From the NCBI GenBank assembly GCA_043228905.1, contig JBHGNT010000009.1, positions 12,586,001 through 12,650,000 on the forward strand: DNA of 64,000 nucleotides, given 5' to 3'. The DNA is from Azolla caroliniana. Lineage: Eukaryota > Plantae > Polypodiophyta. Positions 43,822-54,354 of the stretch are shown one piece after another. How positions within the stretch are numbered: position 1 is the first letter of the stretch; each line of letters opens with the position of its first letter. The notes beneath the pieces were generated by a model, which had not been told where the DNA came from, searched no databases, and saw only the letters and a list, made by a program, of their open reading frames with translations. The translations under genes and the position numbers were made by a program.

Positions 43822-46545
43822 TCATTGTTCACCCAAATTGTCCAAAATACTTTGTTCCAGAATTTCCACTTGTTCTTCCGGTTGTGGTTGTTGCGGCTGT
43901 GCTTGCTGCTGCTGCTGTGGTTGCGGTTGGGACTGAGGCTGCTCCGGCTGCTCTGCTTGCTGCTGCTGTTGTGGTTGCGGTTGGGACTGAGACTGCTCCG
44001 GCTGCTCTGTAGGCGGCTGCTCCGTTTGTTTCTCTGACTCCGGCATCTCCGTTTGACTGCTTCCGGTCCGGTCTCCTTCCAGTAACGGTTCCTCATCACT
44101 GAGGTTGACCGTAACCGGTTCTCGTGCTTTCTGTTCCCGGATCCGGGACCTCTCATAGCTTTCAAACTGGATCTGCGCCTCCAGCCTGTCGTCGTCCAGC
44201 TGAGCTACAAGTTGCCGGACTTGCCCTAGTTGGTCCTCTGCCAAGGCTTGAAAGTCTTCGGCCAGCTCATCTCTTATGCCGGTGAAGTCTTCGGAAGTCA
44301 GCATATAGCAATCTTCTCCCTCCTTCCGCCGGTTCTCTACGTCGGCCCGGAGCAATTGGAGTTCCGCCGCGTTCGTGGCCCACTTGGTCCACCATTTGAC
44401 GGAACCGTTGTCAATCAAGCTCTTGGTCTGGTTCAACCAGGCCCGCATGATATCCTGGATACGACTTGCTCCCATTTGCGCTCTACTTTCCACAACTTGT
44501 CGTTCCTCCTTCAACTGCTTGATGAGATTAGCCGTATCCTCCGCCTGCTCTCTGTAGCGCGTCAGCTGCCCTTGATATGTGGTCTGCAGTCTCTGCAGTA
44601 CCTCCGCCGCTCTTTCTTTTTCCGCCTGCTGTTGCCTGAGGAGCTCTGTCCGAACCTTCTCCGCCTCTTCCAACCGTCTTCTGGTTTCCGCTTGTTCATT
44701 AGCGTATGCCGTTGCGGTCCGATCAACCGCTTGCCGGAGCTCATCCGTCCGTTCCTTGTGCTCCGTTTGCAACCGTTTATACTCCCAGTGCAATTGCTCA
44801 AATTCCTCCGTTTTTTGTTTGAGCTTGCCGTTGATCTGGCGATGGTTCCGGTCCTCCCGGTCCTTTAGCTGCCGGAGTTCCTCTTTCAGGCGCTCTATTT
44901 CTGTTTCGGCGTTTCTCCGGAGCCTGTCCTTCTCTTGCAGCATTTTCTCCTTTTCCTCCTTGAGCCGGTCGTACGCTTGGTAGCCTTTTCGTAAGCTCTC
45001 CTCGGCCCGGCGTAGATTCTCAGCCGCCTTTTTGAGTTCCGCCTCCGCTGCCGTCTTCAATTCTCTTTCACGGCTCCTCAGCGCTTCTTGGGCAGCTAGC
45101 TCATCCTTTAAGTCCGCAAGCTCTTGGGCTTGTGCCGCATTTCTCTCCGGAACGGTTTCCGTTGCCGGGGTCTGATTGCTATGTACAGGTTGATCTGACG
45201 CTTTATTCTGTACATTGCCCGGAGTCACCGGTGCTTGGACTTGTGTTGTCAAAGCCAATTGAGCCATTTCCCTTGTGACCCTGTCCAAGTCTTGTTCAAG
45301 GCTCCGGATTCTGGACCGGGCTGTCTCTAGATCTACGGTTGTGACGAGCAACCGTTCGTTGTGCGCTCTCTCCTCCGCCTCTATGTACTCGACCGCTCCG
45401 ACGATCTGCTCGCCTACCCACCGTAGCCACATGCTACTGGTGCCTTGCTGCTGTACTGGTCGGGTCGGCTCGTTTACTGTGGAATTGTCTGGCCTGAGTG
45501 CTTGTATCTGCCGTTCTGTTTCTACTCCTTGGCCGCCGTGTGTGCTGGCTGGGCTCGCCGGCTGTTGAGTTCCGGTTCTCGCCGTCTCCGGAGCCGTTGG
45601 AATGACTTCTTCTATAGAAGTCGACAAGGCCGGTTCCATACGCACCGGTTCCAGTTCCTCCCTTGTGGTTTGCTCAGGTTGAGTTGGGGACGTTTCTTCC
45701 TCTTGCAGGTACGAACGGTCCCCCGCTGTCCCGGCGGTCCTACTTCTTGACCGTCGTTGGAGGTGCTCTTCTGGCTCCTCCGTTTCCTCTTCCTGGGTAA
45801 CGGCATGTTTCTGTGCCGTCAAGGGTTTCGGTTCCTTCTGTCCCGGTCGCCGTATGGTTATCTTAACGGGTCGGACCGGTGACACCTCCTCTGGTTCTGG
45901 GAGCCGTTTCTTTCCTTTCGTCGCCTTTGACGCCAGCAGCTACTGTCGTTTGGACGCGGGTTTCGAAGTGCTTCCTTCCGATAATCTTGGCCGCTTCTTT
46001 GGCTGAACGGTCTCGACCGGCGGCACGAGCAATGTTATCCACTGAGCTACAGCATGCCACAGCTTCCGGCCCTCCTTGCCGTCCTTCCCTCGTACCATGT
46101 CGATTGCCGCGCACAAACCGTCTGCAATCAACACCGGCCAGTCCACCTTGATCCCTTCATAGGTGGCTATGATCATCCCTGCTCGATTTTTCGGCATGAC
46201 AGGGGGTCGGGGGTACACGTGGCCGTACTCATGGAGCACTCGAGCTATCTCCCTGAATAGCGGATCTTCGCCGCCCTGCGTTCGATAGCCTTTGCCGGCT
46301 ACAGAGTACTCACCGAAATATCGGATGAGTTGCTCCGAGGTTGGGTTATCAATCTGAAAAATACCTCCCTCCGGAAGGCCTGTTAGCGCACGGATCGCTT
46401 CCTCGGTGATGACTTCCGTGTCGAGCTCCTTGATGACCCGGTCGGCTTCTCTGTGCGGTGGTGCCTCCATGATGGTGAAGAACCCCTCCAGTCCGTGTTG
46501 CCTGAACCATTTCCTGGCCGCTTCCGACAACGTTTGTGGTTCCAT
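43822..46545 (-). CDS. B4 extra ORF, about 907 codons with one in-frame TAG at 45940-45942
   Basis: ORFs 45940-46845 and 43822-45885 are in the same frame. The start MEPQTLSEA is conserved in B1 and B2, which have Q at the TAG position. Confidence 0.8.
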
Positions 46546-46929
46546 GTCTGCTTCGAGGTCGAGGAAGGATGGCGAGGTAGAGTGGTGATGAGAGTGACAG
46601 CGAGAGAGAGAGCGTTCCGAACGTGGGGGTTCTTTGAGTGCAGGTTCGCGTTTGCTAAGCTTCCACTGCCTTGGTGCTTCTGTGCTTCTTGGCTCGCGAA
46701 AACAAAAGGTCTCCATGCGTTCTTCTTTTTCTCTGTGCGTCTTGGCGCCTTTTTCGAGCATGCGCACGTCGTGTACCAAATTAGTATTAAGCAATGTGGC
46801 GGCTCTTAAATGCCCACTACGTACCTTTTCGCTCCTTGCTTTCACGTCCGTTCATACCTCGATTTTTAATGATTTTTTTTTTTTTTTTTTTTTTCTTTTC
46901 TTTTCTCTTTTTAATGACGGTATGTGATC

Positions 46930-49900
46930 TTACACATCCGTAGGTCCCTTCGGACCCTTACCGTTTTCCTTACGGGTTGCCGTGTCTTCCTTCGCCTCTG
47001 CTACGGGTTCCCCGTCGTCTTTTCCTTCCATTCGTACCGTTCTCGGACAGGTTCTCGGTATAGTGCCGGTGGGCTGCATAAACGGGTTATTTGGCATCGG
47101 TCCTTTATACGGCTTTAGTCTAAATCCGTTCACCCACTTGCCTAGTACTTCACCGGCAAGTGTCCCTATCTGATAGGACCCGTTGTATTCCCGTGTCAGC
47201 CAATACGGGCCTGTCCATCTAAACCGGAGTTTACCCGGCATCTTGCCCATCCTCGTTTGGAATACTAGCACCGGCTTTCCGATTTCGAACATCTTTTCGT
47301 TACCTTTCCGGTGACGGTCAACGAACGCTTTCCGTCGTCGTTGCTCCAGTTCCATGTGTAGGATGCTGGCCAACCGTTGCTCCTCCAGTTTGCATAGTGC
47401 TGCTAGCCGCATTTCCTCCGACTTCTTTTCATTCAGCCGTTCCCGTAGTTGGATCCGTAAGCTTGGTACCTGAAATTCCACCGGCATGACCGCCTCTAAG
47501 CCGAACGCTAACCGGAATGGCGTTGTCCGGATACTTGTCTTGTATGCCGTTCGGTACGCCCATAGCGCGCTATGGAGCTTTGTATCCCAGTCCGTCCGGT
47601 TTTCATTGACGATTTTGCGGAGAATGTTCTGCAGCGTTTTGTTGGTGGACTCTGCTAACCCGTTCGCTTGTGGGTAGTACGGTGTGCTCCGTTTATGGAC
47701 CACGGCATAGAACGTTGTTAAGCTTTCAACTACCTGGCCGAGGAAGTGCCCTCCTTGGTCGCTGATTAATTCAATCGGACATCCATATCGGCACCAAATG
47801 TTCTCGTACAGGAATTTTGCTGTGGATGACACGGTATTGTCTCTCAAGGCCTTAGCCTCCACCCATTTAGTGCAATAATCTGTTGCCACGATGACATAAC
47901 GATTACCCGTTCTCATTGCCGGTGGCTTGAACAGTCCGACAAAATCCAACCCCCACTTCTGAAATGGCTCTAGTGGAAGTACCGGTTGGTGTGGCATCCG
48001 TGCTTGCTCCGTAGGCTGGCCCATTCGTTGGCATAGGTCACATTCCTTAGCATACTTGACGGCGTCTTTTAACGTCGTGGGCCACCATAAGCCGCTCTGC
48101 CATACTTTCCTTGTCGTCGCTTCCCCGGCGTAGTGTCCTCCGGCAACCCCACAGTGTGCTTCCCGTAAGATTACTTCTTTCTCGTCACTACGGACTGCCC
48201 GTCTCCATATTCCATCTGCTCCCTTGTGGTAGAGAGTGTCCCGTAACAGACAGAAATTGCGGCTCTGCACCGCCAGTCGTTTCCTCTCGTCCCGGTTCAT
48301 TTCCTCCGGTGGCAGGCCTGTGCTTAGGAACTGGTGCATGTTTGTCAGCCACCTATCTTCTGATACCACCGTGTCGTCCGTTGCCGTTTCCGGGGTGATA
48401 CGGAATAACTCTGCGTCCGGGAATTCATCCGCTACTCCGTCGCCTGATCCTCCGCACTCTAACCGGCTCAGATAGTCTGCTACGGCATGCTGGATACCGG
48501 GCCGGTGGAAGATCTCGAATTCGAACTCCTGCAACAGCAAGGTCCAACGGGCCAACTTACCGGTCAGGGACGCCTTGGACACTAAGTACAGGAGCGCCGA
48601 GTGATCCACATGAAAGGAGAACTTCCTTCCCAATAGGTAATGACGAAACTTTGTGACACTGTAGATCATACCCAGGGCCTCCCGTTCCGTAGTCGAATAG
48701 TTCTTCTCCGCTTGGGACAGCTTCCGGCTGGCGTAGTATACCGGCCGGTACCATTTGGGCTCCGTAAGTTGCATTAAGGCGCTGCCGATAGCGATGTCGG
48801 AAGCGTCAACGAACACATGAAATTCCTTGCTCCAATCCGGAGGCTGCACGACGGGTGCTTGCGACAAAAGTATCTTCAGGGCGTTGTATGCCTTGTCTTC
48901 CGTATCCGTCCATTGGAACGGTGTCCGATGTACCGCGGTGTGTAATGGTGTAGCCAAGTCAGCCAAGTGACGGAGCATCCGGCTGTGCCACCGGATCTGT
49001 CCTAAGAATCGGCTGAGTGCTTTGGCCGTTTTCGGCGCCGGTGCCCCTAGTATCGCGTTTACTTTGTCCGGGTCGACCGCAATGCCCTCCTTACTTACAA
49101 TGTGGCCCAGTAAGATTCCACTTGAAACCCCAAAGATGCATTTTGCTAGGTTTAAGCTTAGCCGGTATAACCTACACTTTTCAAGGCATAACCGTAGGTG
49201 TTGCAAATGGTTTTTTCCTCGGCTATAGACTGCAAAATCATCCAGGAAAACCTGCATGAAGGCAGGAATGTATTCGCCGAAGATCTCCATGATGATTCGC
49301 TGGAAAGTTGCTGGTGCCGTTTTTAGGCCGAACATCATTACTTCGGCCACAAACACCCCCCATTCGGTGACGAACGCTGTCTTCTCCTGGTCGTCGGGGT
49401 GCATCCGGATTTGATTGTATCCGTTGAACCCGTCTAAAAAACTATAAACTTCATGGCCGGCGACGGCATCCAGTACTCCATCCGTGAACGGAAGAGGGAA
49501 TGCATCCGTAATTGTGGCTGCATTTAATTTCCTGTAATCTACACACACGCGGATTTTACCGTTCTTCTTTGGGACGACGACGATGGGGCTTAGCCACGTC
49601 GCTTTCTTTATCGGCCGGATGAAACCCACTCTCAGGAGTTTGTCGATTTCCTCCTTCACTTTGGCAGCGTAGTTGGGGTTCATTCGGTAACGTCTTTGCG
49701 CCACTGGTTTCGCGTCCTTGCCTAAGTGGATCTGATGCTGATATAATTGAGGGTCCAGCCCTCGCATGTCTTCGTATGACCAGGCGAATACGTCGTGAAA
49801 CTCCGTGAGAAGTTTGATCATTGCTGCTTTATCTTCCGGCTTCATTTCTTTGGCGATGTGTACCGGCTTTGATTCTTCCTTGCTTTCGAGGTTCACTTCG

Positions 49901-52776
49901 TCGAGCTGGGATGTTTTTACCCGTTGGGAAACGACCATTTCCCGTTCCAACGCCTCCTGTGCTTGCCGTAATTCCCGAATTGCATCTTTGTCTGGTTCGG
50001 CTTCGGTTTCGTCCCGTTGTGGCAAGTATGGCGCTACGGCTTTAGCTACGTCAATCTCGAAGAGTGGTACGATCTTCGGGTGTTCCTCCAAGTACTGGGC
50101 TTCTTCGTCGTCTGCCAACCCTTCAAGCATGTTCACGCATTCCGCATACAGTGGTGTGCATTCCTTACCGTTGCTTGTCCGTGGTTGTGTCGGTACCCGG
50201 ACCTTGGCTTTTCCGCGCCGGAAGGTAATCATATTTTTCCGCCAATTTTGCTTGATGTGTGATGTTTTCAACCATGGTCTGCCCAGCAACAGTGGGTACG
50301 CGCCTTGCGCCTGTAGCTGCAGCACTACAGCCGAGATGTGAAATGTGTGACCTCCTATGGTGACTTCCAATTTCCGTATTAAGCCCGTCGGCCGTACAGA
50401 GCTCGTATCCGCCATCCGTAGCCAGAACGGACATGGCTCCCATTCATGTATACCCAAGGCATCGCACGTGCGGAGGCTTATTACGTTCACCCCGGAACCT
50501 CCATCGATTACTGTGCCGGGAAGTTCGTGCCCTTTGACAATAGCTGTAATCACCGGACTACTAGTGTCCACCACCGTCGGTCCCTCCTCCGGATTCGAGC
50601 AGAAGACTGGTGCCGGTGGGGCTATACCGTCTGTCATGACCGTTTTTAGTCCTTCCGTAAATCGCGCCACGAGCTGCAAGAGTCTTCCTAATGGCAACGT
50701 GATCTGACATTCTTGCAGTGCTTGCCATGTCTCGTTTTCTGCGTGGCTACCGCCGGCACTCCCTATGGTATTCGCCTTTTGCCGTTCCACGTCCGCGACG
50801 TTCCTTTCATTGGCTTCCTTCACCCATTCCGTCGCCTGTTTTCGTATGGCCTCTTGTGTTTCCCACTCTTTGGCCATGCCTTTCGACCGTGTGGTTACTT
50901 GTTGTACATCCGTCACTTCCGGAACCACCATATTAACTGCTGGTCGTTTCTCGTAGCTCTTTACCGGGCACTGGTTACTGTAGTGGCCTTCCTGCCTGCA
51001 GTAGTAGCAGTACTCTTTACGGGTATTGCTGGATTCAGCATTGCTGGTAGCCGGAGTCAGTCCCGTAGTGAGTGGTGCGTTCTGTGCCGGTTGGCTCCTT
51101 GGGGTTCCAAGTTCCGGGTCCCTAGGGTGACCACCTTTCTTGAAATTACGTTTCTTATTATTCTTATTTTTATTGCGGTAGTCCGGTCGTGGTGGATCGT
51201 AAAATCGGCCGTAGTCCTCCTGGTGCTTCCGGTAACCAGGGGAATGGTCTCTGTTGTATTGCTCGTGTCGTCTGTTGGACTCCCGATAACGGTCCGATCG
51301 CTCATACCGGTCATAGTTATCATGCCGATTCCCGTACCGGCCATCATTCTCTTGTCTATCTCCGTACCGGGCATCCTGTGCCGGTCGGTACCAGTTCATT
51401 CTTTGCCAACGATCGTCATCTTCGTCCCGGCTGCTTCTTGGCTCGATCCGTCGGACGGGTGGTGCTTGTCGGTTTAACAGGTTATACTCGCACCGGTCTG
51501 TTGTGTGACTCTTGGATTGACAAATCACACACTGGGTTCGCATGGTGCACTCCACTGCCGAGTGTCCGGCATTCAAGCAGATTGTGCATTGAATTGCCTG
51601 CCGGAACCGGAGATCTTCCTCGGTGGGTGACGCCCGTTGCAGTGTTCCCAGTGTAAGCCATGAGCTTGACTTTTCCATTTCTCGGACCCGGTCAATGACC
51701 TGGTCAATGGTGCTTCCTCGAAAGTCGATTACCGTACACACCGTGCGTAACGGTTCCCGGAGTGCGTTTAAAAATATCGTCCGTAATTCCTCCTCTGGGG
51801 ATGCACGGGTAAGCTGGCTATGCATTCGTTGGAAACGGATGACGAATTGGGGAATGCTTTCCCCTGCCTCCTGTCGGATCGTATAAAACAGGCCCACCAT
51901 TGTCGTCTGGTCGACCTCCTTGTGGAAAAAATGCAAGAATTTTGCTTTTAATTCTGCAAAGGTTGTGATGGTCGCCGGGTCCTGCGTCCGCCGCCATCGT
52001 GTCGCTGGTCCTTCCAACGTGACCCCGAATTCCGCTATCTTCGAGCGTTCTTCTTCCTCCGGTGTCATTTGCTGGGATGGGTGATTTGCTTCCCATGTCT
52101 GCTCGAAGGCATGAACATGCGCTTCCGCGTCCGGGTCATCGCGATACTTTGAGTATTGGAACGGCATGTCGTCGTCCAGTATTAGGCCGCGGTTTAGTGG
52201 CGTTTGTTGATATCTTTCAGGTTTTCTCTCCGGTTCCACTTCCGGTTCTTTTTCCGGTTCCTTCACCGGCTCTTCTTCCGGTGCCTTTGTCGGCTCTTTT
52301 GTTGGTGTCGGTGGCTTTGCTTCTTCCACTTCCGGTGTTGGTGGGTTGACGGCTTCCGTTTGTGGTTGTGGATAGCCCTGGTCGAACGGTTCCGGTTCTG
52401 GAGTCGGTACGGTATCCGACCCGTCGTCCTCCGGGCCGCCGGGGGTATCGTTGCTGCTCCGGTAGTTCGTGTGCACGCTATATCCCCCTTCGGAATCCGA
52501 TTCGTAGGCTGAAAAGGCTTCTGCCTCGTTTTCTCCGCTTGCTAGCGCCTCGAGGAGGCGTTCGGTTTCCCGGAGACTACTTAGACTGCTTCCGTCGTCC
52601 TGGTCGCGAGTTTGCCGTAACCGAAGAGATTCCTCCGCGACTCTCCGGATCTCGTTGGAGAACGAACGATCCGAGCGAATTTCGTGCGCTGCTTGCTGGA
52701 AAGTCTCACGCCGTCTTTGCCGTTCGGCGAGGCGTCGAGCTCGGTCTGTAACCAGGTCGTGCGTTGGTCTCGTCAT
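46930..52776 (-). CDS. B4 Gag-Pol polyprotein, single intact ORF of 1948 aa
   Basis: Gag with zinc knuckles, PR VIDGGSG, RT FLDD, RNase H FVDAS, IN HHCC plus WGLDF...SDQG...E and GPY motif. No chromodomain seen. Confidence 0.96.
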   Translation of the reverse strand: MTRPTHDLVTDRARRLAERQRRRETFQQAAHEIRSDRSFSNEIRRVAEESLRLRQTRDQDDGSSLSSLRETERLLEALASGENEAEAFSAYESDSEGGYSVHTNYRSSNDTPGGPEDDGSDTVPTPEPEPFDQGYPQPQTEAVNPPTPEVEEAKPPTPTKEPTKAPEEEPVKEPEKEPEVEPERKPERYQQTPLNRGLILDDDMPFQYSKYRDDPDAEAHVHAFEQTWEANHPSQQMTPEEEERSKIAEFGVTLEGPATRWRRTQDPATITTFAELKAKFLHFFHKEVDQTTMVGLFYTIRQEAGESIPQFVIRFQRMHSQLTRASPEEELRTIFLNALREPLRTVCTVIDFRGSTIDQVIDRVREMEKSSSWLTLGTLQRASPTEEDLRFRQAIQCTICLNAGHSAVECTMRTQCVICQSKSHTTDRCEYNLLNRQAPPVRRIEPRSSRDEDDDRWQRMNWYRPAQDARYGDRQENDGRYGNRHDNYDRYERSDRYRESNRRHEQYNRDHSPGYRKHQEDYGRFYDPPRPDYRNKNKNNKKRNFKKGGHPRDPELGTPRSQPAQNAPLTTGLTPATSNAESSNTRKEYCYYCRQEGHYSNQCPVKSYEKRPAVNMVVPEVTDVQQVTTRSKGMAKEWETQEAIRKQATEWVKEANERNVADVERQKANTIGSAGGSHAENETWQALQECQITLPLGRLLQLVARFTEGLKTVMTDGIAPPAPVFCSNPEEGPTVVDTSSPVITAIVKGHELPGTVIDGGSGVNVISLRTCDALGIHEWEPCPFWLRMADTSSVRPTGLIRKLEVTIGGHTFHISAVVLQLQAQGAYPLLLGRPWLKTSHIKQNWRKNMITFRRGKAKVRVPTQPRTSNGKECTPLYAECVNMLEGLADDEEAQYLEEHPKIVPLFEIDVAKAVAPYLPQRDETEAEPDKDAIRELRQAQEALEREMVVSQRVKTSQLDEVNLESKEESKPVHIAKEMKPEDKAAMIKLLTEFHDVFAWSYEDMRGLDPQLYQHQIHLGKDAKPVAQRRYRMNPNYAAKVKEEIDKLLRVGFIRPIKKATWLSPIVVVPKKNGKIRVCVDYRKLNAATITDAFPLPFTDGVLDAVAGHEVYSFLDGFNGYNQIRMHPDDQEKTAFVTEWGVFVAEVMMFGLKTAPATFQRIIMEIFGEYIPAFMQVFLDDFAVYSRGKNHLQHLRLCLEKCRLYRLSLNLAKCIFGVSSGILLGHIVSKEGIAVDPDKVNAILGAPAPKTAKALSRFLGQIRWHSRMLRHLADLATPLHTAVHRTPFQWTDTEDKAYNALKILLSQAPVVQPPDWSKEFHVFVDASDIAIGSALMQLTEPKWYRPVYYASRKLSQAEKNYSTTEREALGMIYSVTKFRHYLLGRKFSFHVDHSALLYLVSKASLTGKLARWTLLLQEFEFEIFHRPGIQHAVADYLSRLECGGSGDGVADEFPDAELFRITPETATDDTVVSEDRWLTNMHQFLSTGLPPEEMNRDERKRLAVQSRNFCLLRDTLYHKGADGIWRRAVRSDEKEVILREAHCGVAGGHYAGEATTRKVWQSGLWWPTTLKDAVKYAKECDLCQRMGQPTEQARMPHQPVLPLEPFQKWGLDFVGLFKPPAMRTGNRYVIVATDYCTKWVEAKALRDNTVSSTAKFLYENIWCRYGCPIELISDQGGHFLGQVVESLTTFYAVVHKRSTPYYPQANGLAESTNKTLQNILRKIVNENRTDWDTKLHSALWAYRTAYKTSIRTTPFRLAFGLEAVMPVEFQVPSLRIQLRERLNEKKSEEMRLAALCKLEEQRLASILHMELEQRRRKAFVDRHRKGNEKMFEIGKPVLVFQTRMGKMPGKLRFRWTGPYWLTREYNGSYQIGTLAGEVLGKWVNGFRLKPYKGPMPNNPFMQPTGTIPRTCPRTVRMEGKDDGEPVAEAKEDTATRKENGKGPKGPTDV

Positions 52777-54354
52777 CCATTAAGCCGTCGTTCGCTGCGA
52801 GAAAGCAGGAATCGTGGTCGCCAAAACTGTGTTATTCTCTGGCCGGACAAGGCCTAACACAAGGTGTCACGGAGACACTTCACCAAAGGGTGATTACGGC
52901 ATAGGATTCAGATTCAACGATTACACCGACTTACGTAGGTTACACGATTAGAATGCTTTGGTTAATTACACGCGTAAGATATAACAGTAAGTACAGAACG
53001 GAAATCAACACAGAAGTATAAACACCATATGCTCTATTAATTATCCGCTGCGATTACAATGGGGTCCGGGCCTTTAAATAGGTTTCCGGCCCGTAGTACA
53101 AAACGGTGCCTCTCGCACCTATTCGGGATCCGTCCGGATCTGGAACGGCATACCGTTTCCAGTCCATCCGTCCACACTATGCTTATTTACAACCATACTT
53201 AATTAATTCCTTCACTCCGTATTTTGGACTCCTTGCCGGCCGGTAACACCGGATAGGATATGGAGTACCCAGTGAGAACCGGAAGGAAGAACCGGTGAGG
53301 ACCGAAACTGGTAAGGAGACTGACAAGAGCCGGATGAAGAAGGCCGGTGAGAGTTGTTGAGAAACGGACGAAGAGGACCAGTAAGAAGGATCCGGTAAGA
53401 ACCGCATGAAGAAAACCGGCAAGAACCGGATGAAGCAGAATCGGCAAGAGCAGGACGAAGAAGGCCGGTGAGAGTCTCTCACCAGATGAAGAGACATATT
53501 TGTAAATAGAACCTTGCACCTCCATGTTAATAATGTTAAGCCTTATCAGTATACTAGCGTATTATGAATTTTAAAAGTTATACTAAACTTTATCCCATGT
53601 AAAATTTCTAGACATGCATGGTACAAAAAGTTATTCATGCATAAACACTCGAGTTAAAAGAAAAGATGAGATAGGAAGCTAATCATGCACATGCAGTGTG
53701 CATGAAAACTAAAAATAGGAAAAGCATGATGCTTGCATGTGACAAACTTAGACTCTTCCAACACTATATAAGGAAGAGAGAAAGATGTATAGAGGTTGTT
53801 GATTATTTTACAAGGATTTTGATCAATCTAATATATTCGTGGGATTCACGATTTTTTTCCATCTATTTCTCTCTTACATTCTCAGTATCAATTAATACAC
53901 TGTACTCGTGGGATTCACGAGTTTCATATCTTCTTTCAAATATTTCTCTTTCTTGCAATCGATTCATAAGGAGCCTTATCTCATATTCTTCTTTCTCCTA
54001 GTCCAAAACCTCAACGGTTCCCACCCGACTCACGCAACGATCCGGAGCCGAAAGGCACGACACAAGTGGTGAACCCGACGTGAACACGGGTGGCAAGGAG
54101 ATGGAAAATCAACCGGAGGCTAACAACATGATGATGATGTTCAAGCGGATGCTTCAGGAACAACGTGCGATGTCGGAGATAGCGGCGGTAGTAGAGCGGC
54201 TCGTGCAATGGATCGGGCAATTCAACGGAAAGGATGTATCACGCTATCTTCGGGACTACAAGGCAAAAATGCTACGGTGTAGGATTTCAGAAGGACTGCA
54301 AGTGGCATCCTTCAACTGGCTGGCTATCGACGGGCTTCAAGCAAGTATCCACGG

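Larger units (their letters stand above)
43351..53248 (-). mobile_element. Ty3/gypsy B4, full-length young non-chromovirus element (9898 bp)
   Basis: 419-bp LTRs 43351-43769 and 52830-53248 differ at 2 positions by eye; TSD CCGGA; PBS TGGCGACCACG at 52809-52823. Confidence 0.97.

Noticed and set aside
43822-46545. Extra ORF as an envelope gene
   Set aside because: No signal peptide or hydrophobic transmembrane segment; it is highly charged with an NLS-like patch.
46815-46855. AG/GTACGT donor after a short upstream ATG as a spliced leader for the extra ORF
   Set aside because: Present in B2 and B4 but absent from B1, and no convincing acceptor was found.
46930-47100. Chromodomain at the integrase C-terminus of B or D elements
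   Set aside because: Only a short charged tail follows the GPY motif, with no aromatic-cage pattern.
54067-54083. tRNA gene fragments
   Set aside because: Only 10-17 nt complementary to tRNA 3' ends and adjacent to LTRs, so these are primer-binding sites.
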